Shown here: piece after piece, positions 42,901-51,367 of the stretch
How positions within the stretch are numbered: the first letter of the stretch is position 1
How the letters are laid out: the number at the start of each line of letters is the position of its first letter
Source of the DNA: Nitrosopumilus sp.
GTDB lineage: Archaea > Thermoproteota > Nitrososphaeria > Nitrososphaerales > Nitrosopumilaceae
Length of the DNA: 64,000 nt
NCBI GenBank assembly: GCA_965204345.1
Contig: OZ241981.1
Span: 352,001-416,000, forward strand
Direction: 5' to 3'
The notes under the pieces: generated by a model
What the model saw: only the letters and a program-made list of their open reading frames with translations
What the model was told of the DNA's origin: nothing
The model's database searches: none
Program-made: the position numbers and the translations under genes

Positions 42901-45900
42901 TAAATGGTATGGCCGCAAGATTGGTGATTGGATCGGCAGTAGTAGTTATAGATGCAGTAAGGTCAGACAGATATTGTATGATAATTTCTGTATCAATCTC
43001 CCTGTTGCCGTCGCTTATGGTAATTTCCAGGGTACAAACGTCTGCGGTGACAAACTCATTTGCCGGGGTAAAGTAAAAGTTGGTGGGGGTAACGTCAGTT
43101 ACACCAAAAGCGTCACAGTCAAGCGAATCCCAACTGGCAAAGACAATTGTGAGCTGCTTGTTGTCATCATAAAGGTTGTTGGGATTAATGTTTACCGTGC
43201 GGGATTGGCCTGGCTGCACCTGTATGATCAGATCACCGGGGATAGGGGCAGGGTCTTCTATCACATTTAGGGTTACGCTGTATGGACTGTCAGTACTGGT
43301 ATGTGTGCCATCAGAAATGTTAAAGGTCAAAATGCATGTCTCTGCAGTGGTAGAACTAAAGAGAAATTCAGAGCCAGTTGACAGGTCTCCTTGACAGAGA
43401 TCAGACAGGTCTTCAAAGGTTATGACGTCTCCGTCTGGATCCACAAAGTGATCAGAGAGGGAGATTGACTGGCTTGCTAGTGTAGGATACTCCAAGGTTA
43501 TGACGGGAGGTACTGTTGGAATCGGGGGCAACAAGTTGGTGGAGGTACCATCTATTGTGACGGTAACAGATCTAGGCGATGCCGTGTTGGAGTTGCCTAG
43601 GATGTCTGTTGCCACGTCTGCTGCAATTGACACAGTTACGGTTCCGTCCGTCGAGCCGCGGAGAACATCAAAGGTGTATGTGCGGCCATCAACTGTTGCA
43701 AAGTTGGTTGCTGCAGGACTGCCACCGTTGGCAGTGCCTGTTACTGTAATGTCTCCAAGCTCAAAGTTCACAACACTCTTGGTAAAGGTTGCCGTAAATG
43801 GTATGGTAGTAAGGCTAGTGATGCTTCCGGCAGTCGAGCCGACATGAACTTGTGGGGCAACAGTGTCTATTGTGACGGTAACTGGTGCAGATGCGGTGTT
43901 GAGGTTGCCTGCAAGGTCTGCTGCCACGTCTGCTGCTATGGATGCAGTTACGGTTCCGTCCGTCGAGCCTCGAGCAACATCAAAGGTGTATGTGCGGGCA
44001 TCAACTGTTGCAAAGTTGGTTGCTGTTGGAGTGCCGCCGTTGGCAGTGCCTGTTACTGTAATGTCACCTACCACAAAGTTTTGGACATCCTCGTCAAATG
44101 TTGCCGTAAACGTTACTGGGTCATCACCAGTTGTGGTGCCATCGGCAGGTGTAATGGATACTGATGGGCGTACTCTGTCCACGGTGATAGTGAGGGCACC
44201 CTCGTTGTTGCTTTCGACTGTCACACCGTCAGGTATGGTTACTGTCAGCTGGCCTTGTGTGGTGATGCCGTGTGTGACTGTAAAGTCGTATTCACGGCCG
44301 CTTCCACTAAAGGTATCTACCAGACCTGGTGTGTCGGTTCCGTCAATTGCCACAGTGATATCAGACAGGATGAATTCTGTGACATTGCCGCTAAATGATG
44401 CCGTAAATGGTATGGTAACAAGATTGGTGGGATCAGATGCAGTTGTGTCCAGAGATACTGATATGACACGGGTGTCTATGGTGACGGTAACTGGAGCAGA
44501 TGCGGTGTTGAGGTTGTTTGCATCATCTGTTGCCACGTCTGCTGCAATTGACACAGTTACGGTTCCGTCCGTCGAGCCGCGGACAACATCAAAGGTGTAT
44601 GTGCGGCCATCAACTGTTGCAAAGTTAGATACAGCAGGGTTGCCGCCGTTGGCAGTGCCATTTACTGTAATGTCTCCCAGCTCAAACTCATCAACGTCCT
44701 CGCTAAATGTTACAGTAAATGGCACGGTGTCAAATTCAGTGTGTGTCCCCACATCAGATGCCACAGTTACGGTTGGCTTTGTTTGATCTATTGTGACAGT
44801 GACAGGACCGATTGGCTCAGGGTTAGGAGCTCCGCTCTGATCTAAGACCAAAGCAGGAATGACTACGCTTATGGTTCCATCCGATGAGCCTCGAGCAACC
44901 TCAAACGCATAAGAGGTGCCAGAACCTTCAAAGTTGGATATTGCTGGACTGCCGCCGTTAGCAGTGCCTGATACAAAAAGGGATAACGGGGTAAAAGTAA
45001 CCGCCTCACTAAGTTCTACGGCAAATCTCACCCTGTCGGCATTGGTCAGCGGACCTACATCAGGTGTTATGGTTGCAACCGGAGCCAGATCAGATGTGAA
45101 TTCAGTAGTCGGAAATACCGTGTTAGGATTGCCTGCCCTATCAGATGCTGCATTGGCAGGTATGGATACCGTAAAGGGGAGTGGCACGGTGCCGTCTTCG
45201 GGGGCGCGTTCCACATCAAAGGTGTATGTGGTGCTATCTACTATCTCAAAGTTGGATGCCACAGGATTGCCGCCGTTTACGTCACCAGATATCACAATAT
45301 CGGATAATTCAAACCCGGTGACATCTTCGGTGAATGTTACGATAAATGGTATGGTGCTAAATGTTGCAAACCTATTAAATGAAACACCCTCAACACTCAC
45401 GCCAGGTGCCGTAGTATCCACTGTTACGGTAACTGAGTTAGAATCTATATTGAGAAGCTCATCGTTGCCTGAATGGGTTACAGAGGCACCGGGCAAGAAT
45501 GCTGTTATTGTTCCATCTGATGAACCGCGAGCAACCTCAAAGGTATATTCGTCGGCATCGATTCTCACAAGATTGCTTACTACCGGATTGCCGCCGTTGG
45601 CAGTACCTGTTATTCTAAAGTCATTTACATGAAGTCCAAAGATGTAATGGCTGAATTTTACGGTAAACGGTACAACGTCAAGGGAGGTGAAATCATCAGC
45701 AGTTGTACTGATATGCGGAACCGGCTCTGGTCGGTAAAACACGTTAACTGTAGTGTCCAATGTCCTGCCGACGTCAATTATAGTAAAATGGACATCGCAT
45801 CTTATCGTAGAAGTCGAGAATTGGGGTCCGGTAAAGGCAAAGGAGTGTGGTGTGAGTTGGGATACTGTGTGAGCACATGAGGAGCTTACAGAATCAACAT

Positions 45901-48900
45901 TTACTCTAAGGGGATTGTTGTCAGTATAATAGTTATTGATGTCTATGACTACTGGGTCTGTCTGGTCATTAAGTACATTTATGAATCTGACAAGTGTTAA
46001 TGGACTGGGCGGTTGATCAGGGACTATGTCTATATTGATGCTATATGCCCTGCCGGTGCTGACATCCTTGCCATCAGATATGTCAAAGAAAAGCGCACAT
46101 GACTGAGCTGATTGCGGTACAAACGAGAACGTATCGCTTAAAGGACCAGGAGAAGTCAGATCCCCAGTACATGTTGTTATAGCGTTAAGAAAGGTCAAGG
46201 TGTCGCCGTTAGGATCCTCAAAGTATTGTTCCACGGAGAAAGATTGGGACTCACTTAGATTTACCAGGATTACAGTAGGCGGCACATCTGGAATAAGAGG
46301 TAGTGATTGGGGAGCAAGAGTAGCAGTGACGGTAACTGGGGCAGATGCGGTGTTGGGGTTGCCTGCAAGGTCTGCTGTTACATTTGCATCTATTAATACG
46401 GCCACGGTTCCGTCTGTGGTGCCGCGGGCAACATCAAAGGTGTATGTGCGGGCATCAACTGTCTGCAAGTTGGATGCCACGGGACTGCCGCCGTTGGCAG
46501 TGCCAGTTACCGTAATGTCGTTTAGCTCAAAGTTCCTAACGTCCTTGTTGAATGTTGCCGTAAATGGTATCGCATCAAATCCAGTGCTGTCGCCTACATC
46601 TGTATCTACAGAGACTGTCAGGGGAGCAGTATCTATTGTGACAGTAACTGTATTAGACGCAGTACTGAAGAACTGATCGGTACTATCAACAGCTGCCTGA
46701 TCCTTTACAAATACTGTTATTGTTCCATCAGAGGTGCCGCGGGCAACATCAAAGGTGTATACGCGTTCATTGACTATATTGTTAATGCTGGGTGCTTCAG
46801 GATTGCCGCCGTTGGCAGTGCCAGTTACGTCAAGATCAAGGGGATGGAGCCCAAAGGCATTCTTGTTGAATGTTACTGTAAACTGTACAACCTCAAGGTT
46901 GGTGATATCATCAGCGGTTGTGATAATTGGGATCGGGCGTTGACCAGGCGAGGTGTCTATGGTAATGGTAACTGGACGGGATGCGGCATTGGAGTTGTTT
47001 GCAAAGTCTTCTGCTACGTCTGCATTTATTGACACAGTTACTGTTCCGTCTGTGGTGCCGCGAGCAACATCAAAGGTGTATGTGCGGGCATTAACTGTCA
47101 CAAAGCTGGATGCTACAGGAGAGCCGCCGTTGGCAGTGCCAGTTACCGTAATGTCAGCCAGCTCAAAGTTCCTAACATCCTCATCAAATGTTACTGTAAA
47201 TGGTACCGTGTTAAGGCTGCTAAAACGGCGTTCAGATGAACTGACAGATATTGTTGGAGCATTAGTATCCATTGTGACAGTAACTGGGGCAGATGCCTCA
47301 TTGAGAATGCCTGCAAGGCCTGCTGCCACGTCTGCATCTATTGATACAGTTACTGTTCCGTCTGATGAACCGCGCAGAACATCAAAGGTGTAGACACTGC
47401 CTGTTCCACCAAAGTTGGATGCTGTCGGATTGGTGCCGTTGGCAGTGCCAGTTACCGTAATGTCAGCCAGCTCAAAGTTCTGGACGTCCTCTCTAAATGT
47501 TACGGTAAATGGTACTGTGTTAAGGTTGGTGCTCACATCAGCAGTTGTAGTTACGGAGACTGTCAGGGGAATGTCCCCTATTGTGACAGTAACTGGTGCA
47601 GATGCGGTGTTGAGGTTGCCTGCAGAGTCTGCTGCCACGTCTGCTGCAATGGATACATTTACTGTTCCGTCTGAGGATCCGTGGAGAACATCAAAGGTGT
47701 ATGTGCGGGCATTAACTGTTACAAAGTTGGATGCCACAGGAGCACCGCCGTTGACAGTGCCAGTTATTGTAATGTCTCCCAGCTCAAAGTTCTGGACGTC
47801 CTCGCTAAAGGTTGCCGTAAACGTTACTGGGTCATCGCGGGTGATGGTGCCATCAGCAGGTGTAATGGATACTGTTGGTTTTGTCGTGTCCACTCTAATA
47901 ACATCTACAGTCCGCTCGTTGCCACCATCTACTACGTCGAGAGGTATGACTACTGTCAACTCACCAACGGTAATGCCGTGTGTGACTGTAAAGTCATAGT
48001 GGGTACCATTGGTTTGAGTAAAGTCAGTTATCAGGCTATTAGGCGCCTCCAAGCTGTCAATATTTACCTGAATGTCAGCCTTTACAAATCCCTCGACATT
48101 CTCGCTAAAGATTGCCGTAAATTCGACGGCATCAAGATTGGTGAGATCGCCTGCATCTGTGTCAAGAGTCAAGGTTGCACGGGGCGGATAGTTTATGGCA
48201 AATGTTGTAGATGTCACCCTGTTTCCGTCAGAGAAACTTGTTTCTAGTATGCAAACTGACGCATTGGATAGATTATGGATATTGTCAAAATGAATCAGGT
48301 TGTCGCCAAAGACTGTTATTCCAGTTTGTGGACAGTTAGGAGAATTAACAGAGGCAGGGATTATTTTCAGTGTCTTGTCATCTGTGTAATAATCGTTGAT
48401 GTCAATTATAACTATTTGATCAGACTGGTCTTCTGGGACATCAATGAGCAGTGGCGTTGTAGTTCGTACGGGTGCGGGATTTTCCACGATTACCATCTCA
48501 AAAGAGTATGGCTGGCCCGTGCTTTGCGTCGTGCCGTCTGAGATATCAAAGGACACCACACATGTAACACCTGCATTCCCTGCGGGACGAATTTGTATAG
48601 TTTGGTTGTTTAACAGTGTAATATCCAAGACGGTACCATCACCGCAGTTTGACAGATTATGAAAAGACAGCGTGTCAAATTCTGGATCCTCAAAGTAATC
48701 ACGCAGTGGGATTTGAGGAACTGTAAAGTTTGGATACTCTATTATCTCAGAGGGTATTGGGTCAGGTACTGGTGGCAGGGAGTTGGATACGATAAACTGC
48801 ACCACATATGAGGATGTAAACTGTGTTGTTGCAGAGCCGTCTGTCACATCAAAGGTAAAGCTACAGGATTCAGGATATGTCACCGCGTTGTTTTGCGTTG

Positions 48901-49456
48901 CATTAACGGTAAAGGCACCTGTTGGATTTACAGTTACGCTAGATGACTGGCATGTATTGTTAGCCAGGGCATAGGACATGGTATCGCCGTCCGGATCTGC
49001 AATGTTGGTGGCCAGGTTGCCTGTGTGTGTCTCACCAATAATAAATGAAAAATCAGGTGCAGTTCCTGCAGGCGGACGGTTGACATCTGTGACAGTCAGT
49101 ACAAACGAACCAAAATCAGTAAAACCGCCATCATCTACAAAAAATCCTACCTCAATTTCAACAGAAAGGTCAAAGTCGTCCCTTATGTTGGTGCCAGTTG
49201 AGGGATGAACCACTGCATCAAAAGGTATCTCACCGCGGATTAGTCCATTTCCATCTATGTTCAGATAGGACGGACGATTCGTTAAACCAAAATCAATGGG
49301 AGGCTCAAAACCACTCTGTTCTATCTGATGTGAAAAAGATTCACCCTCGGCAATGGTGACATCTTGAGCAGATGCAGTCTGGGCAAAGGCAGGCGATATG
49401 GATGATATTAAAAAAATCCCACAAACAAAAAAAACTATAATAAGATGCTTGTTCAC
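30968..49456 (-). CDS. Giant (6162 aa) secreted Ig-like/cadherin-like repeat surface protein, putative adhesin
   Basis: Signal peptide ending SPAFA; dozens of ~104-aa Big-like repeats (FTATFSEDV..F...DITV.GTANGG..YTFDVARGSTDG..DLAGNPNTAS); cadherin-like DPDGDTL modules; poly-Gly linker, Cys motifs, amphipathic C-terminus GFFAAIQDFFSSLFGFA. Confidence 0.92.
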   Translation of the reverse strand: MNKHLIIVFFVCGIFLISSISPAFAQTASAQDVTIAEGESFSHQIEQSGFEPPIDFGLTNRPSYLNIDGNGLIRGEIPFDAVVHPSTGTNIRDDFDLSVEIEVGFFVDDGGFTDFGSFVLTVTDVNRPPAGTAPDFSFIIGETHTGNLATNIADPDGDTMSYALANNTCQSSSVTVNPTGAFTVNATQNNAVTYPESCSFTFDVTDGSATTQFTSSYVVQFIVSNSLPPVPDPIPSEIIEYPNFTVPQIPLRDYFEDPEFDTLSFHNLSNCGDGTVLDITLLNNQTIQIRPAGNAGVTCVVSFDISDGTTQSTGQPYSFEMVIVENPAPVRTTTPLLIDVPEDQSDQIVIIDINDYYTDDKTLKIIPASVNSPNCPQTGITVFGDNLIHFDNIHNLSNASVCILETSFSDGNRVTSTTFAINYPPRATLTLDTDAGDLTNLDAVEFTAIFSENVEGFVKADIQVNIDSLEAPNSLITDFTQTNGTHYDFTVTHGITVGELTVVIPLDVVDGGNERTVDVIRVDTTKPTVSITPADGTITRDDPVTFTATFSEDVQNFELGDITITGTVNGGAPVASNFVTVNARTYTFDVLHGSSDGTVNVSIAADVAADSAGNLNTASAPVTVTIGDIPLTVSVTTTADVSTNLNTVPFTVTFREDVQNFELADITVTGTANGTNPTASNFGGTGSVYTFDVLRGSSDGTVTVSIDADVAAGLAGILNEASAPVTVTMDTNAPTISVSSSERRFSSLNTVPFTVTFDEDVRNFELADITVTGTANGGSPVASSFVTVNARTYTFDVARGTTDGTVTVSINADVAEDFANNSNAASRPVTITIDTSPGQRPIPIITTADDITNLEVVQFTVTFNKNAFGLHPLDLDVTGTANGGNPEAPSINNIVNERVYTFDVARGTSDGTITVFVKDQAAVDSTDQFFSTASNTVTVTIDTAPLTVSVDTDVGDSTGFDAIPFTATFNKDVRNFELNDITVTGTANGGSPVASNLQTVDARTYTFDVARGTTDGTVAVLIDANVTADLAGNPNTASAPVTVTATLAPQSLPLIPDVPPTVILVNLSESQSFSVEQYFEDPNGDTLTFLNAITTCTGDLTSPGPLSDTFSFVPQSAQSCALFFDISDGKDVSTGRAYSINIDIVPDQPPSPLTLVRFINVLNDQTDPVVIDINNYYTDNNPLRVNVDSVSSSCAHTVSQLTPHSFAFTGPQFSTSTIRCDVHFTIIDVGRTLDTTVNVFYRPEPVPHISTTADDFTSLDVVPFTVKFSHYIFGLHVNDFRITGTANGGNPVVSNLVRIDADEYTFEVARGSSDGTITAFLPGASVTHSGNDELLNIDSNSVTVTVDTTAPGVSVEGVSFNRFATFSTIPFIVTFTEDVTGFELSDIVISGDVNGGNPVASNFEIVDSTTYTFDVERAPEDGTVPLPFTVSIPANAASDRAGNPNTVFPTTEFTSDLAPVATITPDVGPLTNADRVRFAVELSEAVTFTPLSLFVSGTANGGSPAISNFEGSGTSYAFEVARGSSDGTISVVIPALVLDQSGAPNPEPIGPVTVTIDQTKPTVTVASDVGTHTEFDTVPFTVTFSEDVDEFELGDITVNGTANGGNPAVSNFATVDGRTYTFDVVRGSTDGTVTVSIAADVATDDANNLNTASAPVTVTIDTRVISVSLDTTASDPTNLVTIPFTASFSGNVTEFILSDITVAIDGTDTPGLVDTFSGSGREYDFTVTHGITTQGQLTVTIPDGVTVESNNEGALTITVDRVRPSVSITPADGTTTGDDPVTFTATFDEDVQNFVVGDITVTGTANGGTPTATNFATVDARTYTFDVARGSTDGTVTASIAADVAADLAGNLNTASAPVTVTIDTVAPQVHVGSTAGSITSLTTIPFTATFTKSVVNFELGDITVTGTANGGSPAATNFATVDGRTYTFDVLRGSTDGTVTVSIAADVATDILGNSNTASPRSVTVTIDGTSTNLLPPIPTVPPVITLEYPTLASQSISLSDHFVDPDGDVITFEDLSDLCQGDLSTGSEFLFSSTTAETCILTFNISDGTHTSTDSPYSVTLNVIEDPAPIPGDLIIQVQPGQSRTVNINPNNLYDDNKQLTIVFASWDSLDCDAFGVTDVTPTNFYFTPANEFVTADVCTLEITISDGNREIDTEIIIQYLSDLTASITTTADPITNLAAIPFTATFSEDVTEFIRDDIVVAINGTDTPGLISAFSGSGADYAFTVTHGITTQGQLTVTIPANVTPEGNTASATTTLTVDRTNPSVTITPADGTTTGDDPVTFTATFSENVQNFVVGDITVAGTANGGNPAVSNFVTVDARTYTFDVSRGSTDGTVTASIAAGVAADLAGNPNTASNSVTVTIDTLVPSVTITPADGTTTGDDPVTFTATFSKAVQNFVVGDITVAGTANGGSPVTSNFVTVDARTYTFDVSRGSTDGTVTASIAAGVAADLAGNPNTASNSVTVTIDTLVPSVTITPADGTTTGDDPVTFTATFSKAVQNFVVGDITVAGTANGGSPVTSNFVTVDARTYTFDVARGSTDGTVTASIAAGVAADLAGNPNTASNSVTVTITTNTLPPVPAVTPGITLQHPVLAAHQEFSLDDHFTDPNGDTLSYTNPSDDCTGTLTQQPPAGSDTFRFVSSAAETCTLSFDISDGTIASTGSAYTVNISVVLDAAPVRTATPLTVDVPADQPRKVTLDINDYYTDAKTLTLVSDPTSDDCTDFNSAILSNGQFDFEPINAFASASTCTVQATFSDGNRHTDTEITINYLSLPTVTVAEGESLSHQVSLPANFFPADVGLISTGHSYLSINLDGLVTGNIPFDVVAHPPTGTSIRDNFDLSTEIQVEYQLDDGADTITGSFTLTVTDVNRIPAGTVSSFSFNIDETHTGNLATNIADPDDDTLSYTLDNNACQSSSVTVNPTGAFTVTATPNNAVTYPEDCSFTFDVTDGSATEQFTSSYRVLSTVTNLLPPIPASVPSAIVEYPSITDPQISLRDHFEDPEFDTLSFNNFSSCAAGVTLDVTLLDNHNMQIAPFARDVGTTCVISFDISDGTTQSTGQPYSFELVVTENPAPVRTATPLVIDVLSDQSRTVTIDINDYYTDDKSLSIFNTITSDDCTFRSTSPDSGVFTFEVIEDSTGGLTCTVQTTFSDGNYLTPVAFTINYLDRTSVSLTTDVGDLTNLEAIPYTVTFGRAVTGFDQDDIIVRIDETTTTPGLITSFAGEGAQYTFTVTHGLTESLLVVVIPADAADGGSASDISRITVDRANPTVSITHADGTTTGDDPVTFTATFDEDVQNFELGDITVSGTANGGSPVTSNFVTVDARTYTFDVSRGSTDGTVTASIAADVATDLAGNLNAASNSVTVTITTNTLPPVPAVTPGITLQHPVLAAHQEFSLDAHFTDPEGDTLSYTNISDDCTGTLTQQPPAGSDTFRFVSSAAETCTLSFDISDGTDASTGGAYTVNISVVLDAAPVRTATPLTVDVLSNQLRKVTLDINNYYTDTQTLTLVSAPTSSDCTDFVSTILSNGQFDFEPINAFASASTCTVQATFSDGNRHTTAELTINYLDAATVSLSTDVTDPTNSDTVNFTATFSEDVTQFVQSDIVVEIDGTETPDLITAFSGSGTDYTFTVTHGIAAEGQLTVTIPDDAVAEGNTASTHTLIVDRIRPTVIITPADGTTTGDDPVTFTATFSEDVKDFELRDITVAGTANGGNPVASNLLGDGSVYTFDVARGSTDGTVTVSIDVGELTDLADNPNTESNSVTLTIDTVPLTVSVTTTVGENTNSDTVTFTATFNKDVEDFILTDITVTGTANGGNPVASNLLGTGNVYTFDVARGSTDGTVIPSIAADVATDLADNPNTASAPVTVIIDTLAPTVSVSSSTGSSTGLDTVPFRVTFDEDVENFVLDDITVAGTANGGTLTASGFATVDARTYTFNVAGISSDGTVIISIAADIATDLAGNSNTASAPVTVTVDTTVPSVLLRTDTADPTNSDTVDFTAAFSESVTQFEQSDIVVEIDGTETPGLITAFSGSGAEYTFTVTHGITAEGLLTVTIPDGVVAGGNTEDTHTLTVDRIDPTVTITPVDGTTTGDDPVTFTATFSEDVQNFVLSDITVTGTVNGGSPVASNLLGDGSVYTFDVARGSTDGTVTVSIAGDVARDLADNPNTASNSVTITITTLPPVPAVSPGITLQHPVLDPHQEFSLDDHFTDPNGDTLSYTNISDDCTGALTQQPPAGSDTFRFVSSAAETCTLSFDISDGTYTSTGGAYTVNISVVLDAAPVRTATPLTVDVLSSQPRKVTLDINNYYTDDGTLTLVSDPTSSDCTDFTSTILSNGQFDFEPINAFAGASTCTVQATFSDGNRHTTADLTINYLDAATVSLSTNVTDPTNSEAIQFTATFGSDVTGFIADDIVVTIDGNPATPGSLITEFGGSGADYTFTVTHGIAEEGQLTVTIPDDAVVEGNTASTVTTLTVDRIVPTVTITPADGTTTGDDPVTFTATFSEDVENFELADITVTGTANGGSPVASNLNGEGSVYTFDVARGTTDGTVTASIAANVATDLAGNSNIASAPVTLTIDTVPLTVSVTTTVGENTNSDTVTFTATFSKDVEDFILTDITVAGTANGGSPAATNLLGTGSVYTFDVARGSTDGTIIPSIAADVATDLAGNSNTASAPVTVIIDTLAPTVSVSSSTGSSTGLDTVPFRVTFDEDVENFVLDDITLAGTANGGTLTASGFTTVDARTYTFNVAGISSDGTVIASIAADVATDLAGNSNTASAPVTVTVDTTVPSVSLDTTAADPTNSETIPFTATFDEDVTGFVQSDIVVAIDGTTADNSLITAFSGSGADYAFTVTHGIAAEGQLTVTIPDDAVVEGNTANTHTLTVDRIDPSVIITPADGTRTNDDPVTFTATFGEDVENFVLADITVTGTANDGTLTAENFQTVDARTYTFDVARGSTDGTITASIAADVATDLAGNPNTASAPVTVTIDTLVPTVTITPADGTTTRDDPVTFTATFSEDIQNFVVADITVTGTANGGNPVAANFATVNARTYTFDVARGSTDGTVTPSIGANVAADLAGNPNTASAPVTVTIDTTALTVTITPADGTITGDDPVTFTATFNEDVQNFVVADITVTGTANGGAPAAANFATVDARTYTFDVARGSTDGTVSPSIAADVATDLAGNPNTASAPVTVTIDTLVPTVTITPADGTLTGDDPVTFTATFNEDVQNFELGDITVTGTANGGNPVAANFATVDARTYTFDVARGSSDGTVTASIAADVAADLAGNSNTASAPVTVTLDTIVPTVSVTTTANDLTNSDTITFTATFSEVVQNFVLADITVAGTANGGAPVAANFATVGARTYTFDVARGSTDGTVTASIAADVAADLAGNPNTASNLVTVTIDTTAPTVSVSSPAGSSTGLDTVPFIVEFREDVEEFVLSDITVAGTANNGTLTATDFVAVDASTYTFNVAGISSDGTVIVSIAADVAADLAGNPNTASAPVTVTINTDVPYVSLSTNAADPTNSEAVSFTATFSEDVTGFVQSDIGVEIDGTPAANSLITAFTETSGTQYDFTVAHGITLEGQLTVRIPDNVVVGGNTDAIHIIIVDMVRPSVTITSADGTTTGDDPVTFTATFSEDVQNFVLSDITVEGTANGGSPTASNIGGTGSVYTFNVARGSSDGTVIVSIAADVATDLAGNPNTTSAPVTVTINTTGDDIEADIPLGGPDGQPTYEPSSNLITLNVVYDTLPDTIIATDGQLINFNGAPTFADDSANGVKSVTISNSATVVTSAVSDSQTVTVTYPANVVVTGSFGDWTGRIAVPSLSTDVTNLPTSNGEIGLAFSVGDGNTRLTFDQAVRLLLPGQASHDGAFFSGENTNGAVESRSLVVCPFVPVNQATANTNLEAGTALESCFVRDGSDMIIWTTHFSSFGSFSVSDDQPAVTPSASSGGNRGGGGGGGGGGGGGGNSGQSPDSRICGLQLCSEINTGTGSSSGSSISTNNTQTGAGQDLMDPEPQVPGLNEEDEKKEEGLIKTDPEPAMETQMDPEPAMETEMDPEPAMETQMDPEPAMETEMDPEPQVPGLNEKTDTEPTAEAGTSTMMDSEPPQTGTDKNNDQESTCGPGTQLVNGECVPADSQSSSEDQKGFFAAIQDFFSSLFGFA
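31221..31350 (-). repeat. 30-nt tandem repeat x4 encoding DPEPAMET(Q/E)M
   Basis: ggttctgggtccatct(ct/gg)gtttccatagct tandem units. Confidence 0.92.
41749..42660 (-). repeat. Three near-identical tandem 312-bp Ig-domain repeats
   Basis: actgaattagatgcggtgttggggttgcc starts at 41751, 42063 and 42375 (period 312 nt = 104 aa). Confidence 0.92.
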
Positions 49457-49943
49457 GCTAATCCAAATAATTGATCATATATTATATTTATCATTGCATG
49501 GTGTTAGCCACGATCTGTGGCTTGCAAAAGCAAGATATAACTCAATTAGACGTTGGATCACAATATACAGTAATTCATAACAGCATATTATGAGTATGCA
49601 TGGGCTGAGCAGCAGCATGGCAAGCAAATAAAACCCAAATACTAGATAATAAACAGCTAAAACAGGCCTCATAGAGGATTCACAAAATGGGAAATTCCAA
49701 GATTTGCTTGGAGTTAAAACGGCTTTAATACAAAATGATTCTCGCAGTACAAACCAACTATTTTGCTGATTTTTTAGCATACAGAATCAGAGATGGCAGC
49801 AGCATGTCAATGACTCTTCACGACATCATCAGCTATTTTAGCAATTTTTTAGGCACTGTCTCTAGTATTTCCCGAGTTCTTGATCGATATGGGCTTTATA
49901 TGTGACAAAATATTCATATATTACCATCATAATAAATTATCAT

Positions 49944-50090
49944 ATGGCCAAAAGAGTAACTATCATGATTGATGATGATTTGGACAGACAGATAAGATCA
50001 AGGCAGGCCAGCCGCATAGCAAGGACATCTACTTCAGTTAGCTATTCTGGCATGTTAGGTGAAGTTTTGCGCAAGGGTCTCAAAAAATAA
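49944..50090 (+). CDS. Small ribbon-helix-helix-like protein
   Basis: MAKRVTIMIDDDLDRQIR...SYSGMLGEVLRKGLKK, beta-alpha-alpha pattern. Confidence 0.7.
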   Translation: MAKRVTIMIDDDLDRQIRSRQASRIARTSTSVSYSGMLGEVLRKGLKK

Positions 50091-50409
50091 GATTATTTGC
50101 CAACATCATAGCATTATTTTTGCCACAGCAAGGGCAGTCATGATGGAAATGAGGCAAGGCCTATGAATTAAAGACCCGGTCATAGTAAAAATATCAGACA
50201 GGCAAAAAATTATCAGCGGTATTTTTTTTATAGCATGTTTTTGACTGCATTCCAATGACCTAAAAATCGCAAACGAATATACGATATTGGCAGAAATTGC
50301 AAGGAATTCACAGATACTGCAATAATGAACCAGTTAAAATCACCCATGCCGTGTTTAAAAACACGTCAATTTTGCAGTTGTTTATTAGTCAGAAAAAATT
50401 ATCCAAGAT

Positions 50410-50649
50410 ATGAAGATGGCAGTAAAGATAGGGGTTGTCGGAATTCTCATGTTTGTCACAGGACTAATTATGTATTATTCAATAGAGATAGGCCAGACAG
50501 ACCAGACCTTGCGGTTAGTCAAAAATACAGGCACGTTTGTTGGAATTAGCGGCATGGGAGTTGCACTAGCAGGTACTTTGCTATACCTAATTAACAAAAA
50601 TGAACCTCCAATGCAAGAATCAGACACACACAACCCAACCAAATTATAA
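50410..50649 (+). CDS. Small two-TM membrane protein
   Basis: Two hydrophobic helices around KNTGTFVG. Confidence 0.7.
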   Translation: MKMAVKIGVVGILMFVTGLIMYYSIEIGQTDQTLRLVKNTGTFVGISGMGVALAGTLLYLINKNEPPMQESDTHNPTKL

Positions 50650-50674
50650 CAATGCATTCAACGAAGATTGGAAA

Positions 50675-51100
50675 ATGACTCAAAAAGTTTGGCTTGGCCG
50701 CATATATTTGAAAGAGGAAGGCGGGTATGAAATAATTTTAAAGTCACTTTGTCATTACAAAAATCGATTAAAGACCCTAGGCAGTAGCCCGGAAGTGCAG
50801 GACTCTGCTGCAATGTTTGCATCAGTCTTAAACCAGCAAGCAAGAAAAACAGTCCCAAAGATAGAAAAGACCATCAAAAAAATTCAGGCCGGCCTAAATG
50901 ACAGCAGAAACATTGGAGAACTAGAAGAGGACATTTCATTTTTTGAAAAAGCTTTGCAATGTTACAAGTCAGACATTGGCAAGGCAGAAAATACGGGACA
51001 TGAATATTTTGCAAAACTAATCAAGGACATGCCACAGGCAAAAAAAGATATGAAAGTTATCGACATGGCAATAAAGAAAATTAGGGAATATTCAGAATAA
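50675..51100 (+). CDS. Hypothetical protein
   Basis: MTQKVWLGRIYLKEEGGYEIILKSL...; helical 141 aa ORF; ATG at 50675. Confidence 0.7.
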   Translation: MTQKVWLGRIYLKEEGGYEIILKSLCHYKNRLKTLGSSPEVQDSAAMFASVLNQQARKTVPKIEKTIKKIQAGLNDSRNIGELEEDISFFEKALQCYKSDIGKAENTGHEYFAKLIKDMPQAKKDMKVIDMAIKKIREYSE

Positions 51101-51367
51101 GGCCAATCCTTGCAAACATCAGTCAGACAAGCAAGGCAGCAACACATTTGTTGCCTCTTTTTTTTCATCTTAAATTCTAGATTAAATGTTTTCTTGGATT
51201 CTGCCTTGAAGGCAGATGGGATTGATTGTTTTCAAAAACAAGACTGCAGCTTAGAATTTCTGCAAATTTGTCAGATAGGATATGCCCAAGTCATCTGAAA
51301 TTTCTTGAATTGGTTCTTTCAAGAGCATCAGGCCGCGCCAAGAATCCCCCGTCACTATTTTAGGGCA

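Noticed and set aside
31188-49208. Many long + strand ORFs (up to 442 aa) inside the giant gene
   Set aside because: Antisense shadows of a repetitive Thr/Val/Ala/Asp-rich minus-strand gene; they mirror its repeats and show no independent motifs.
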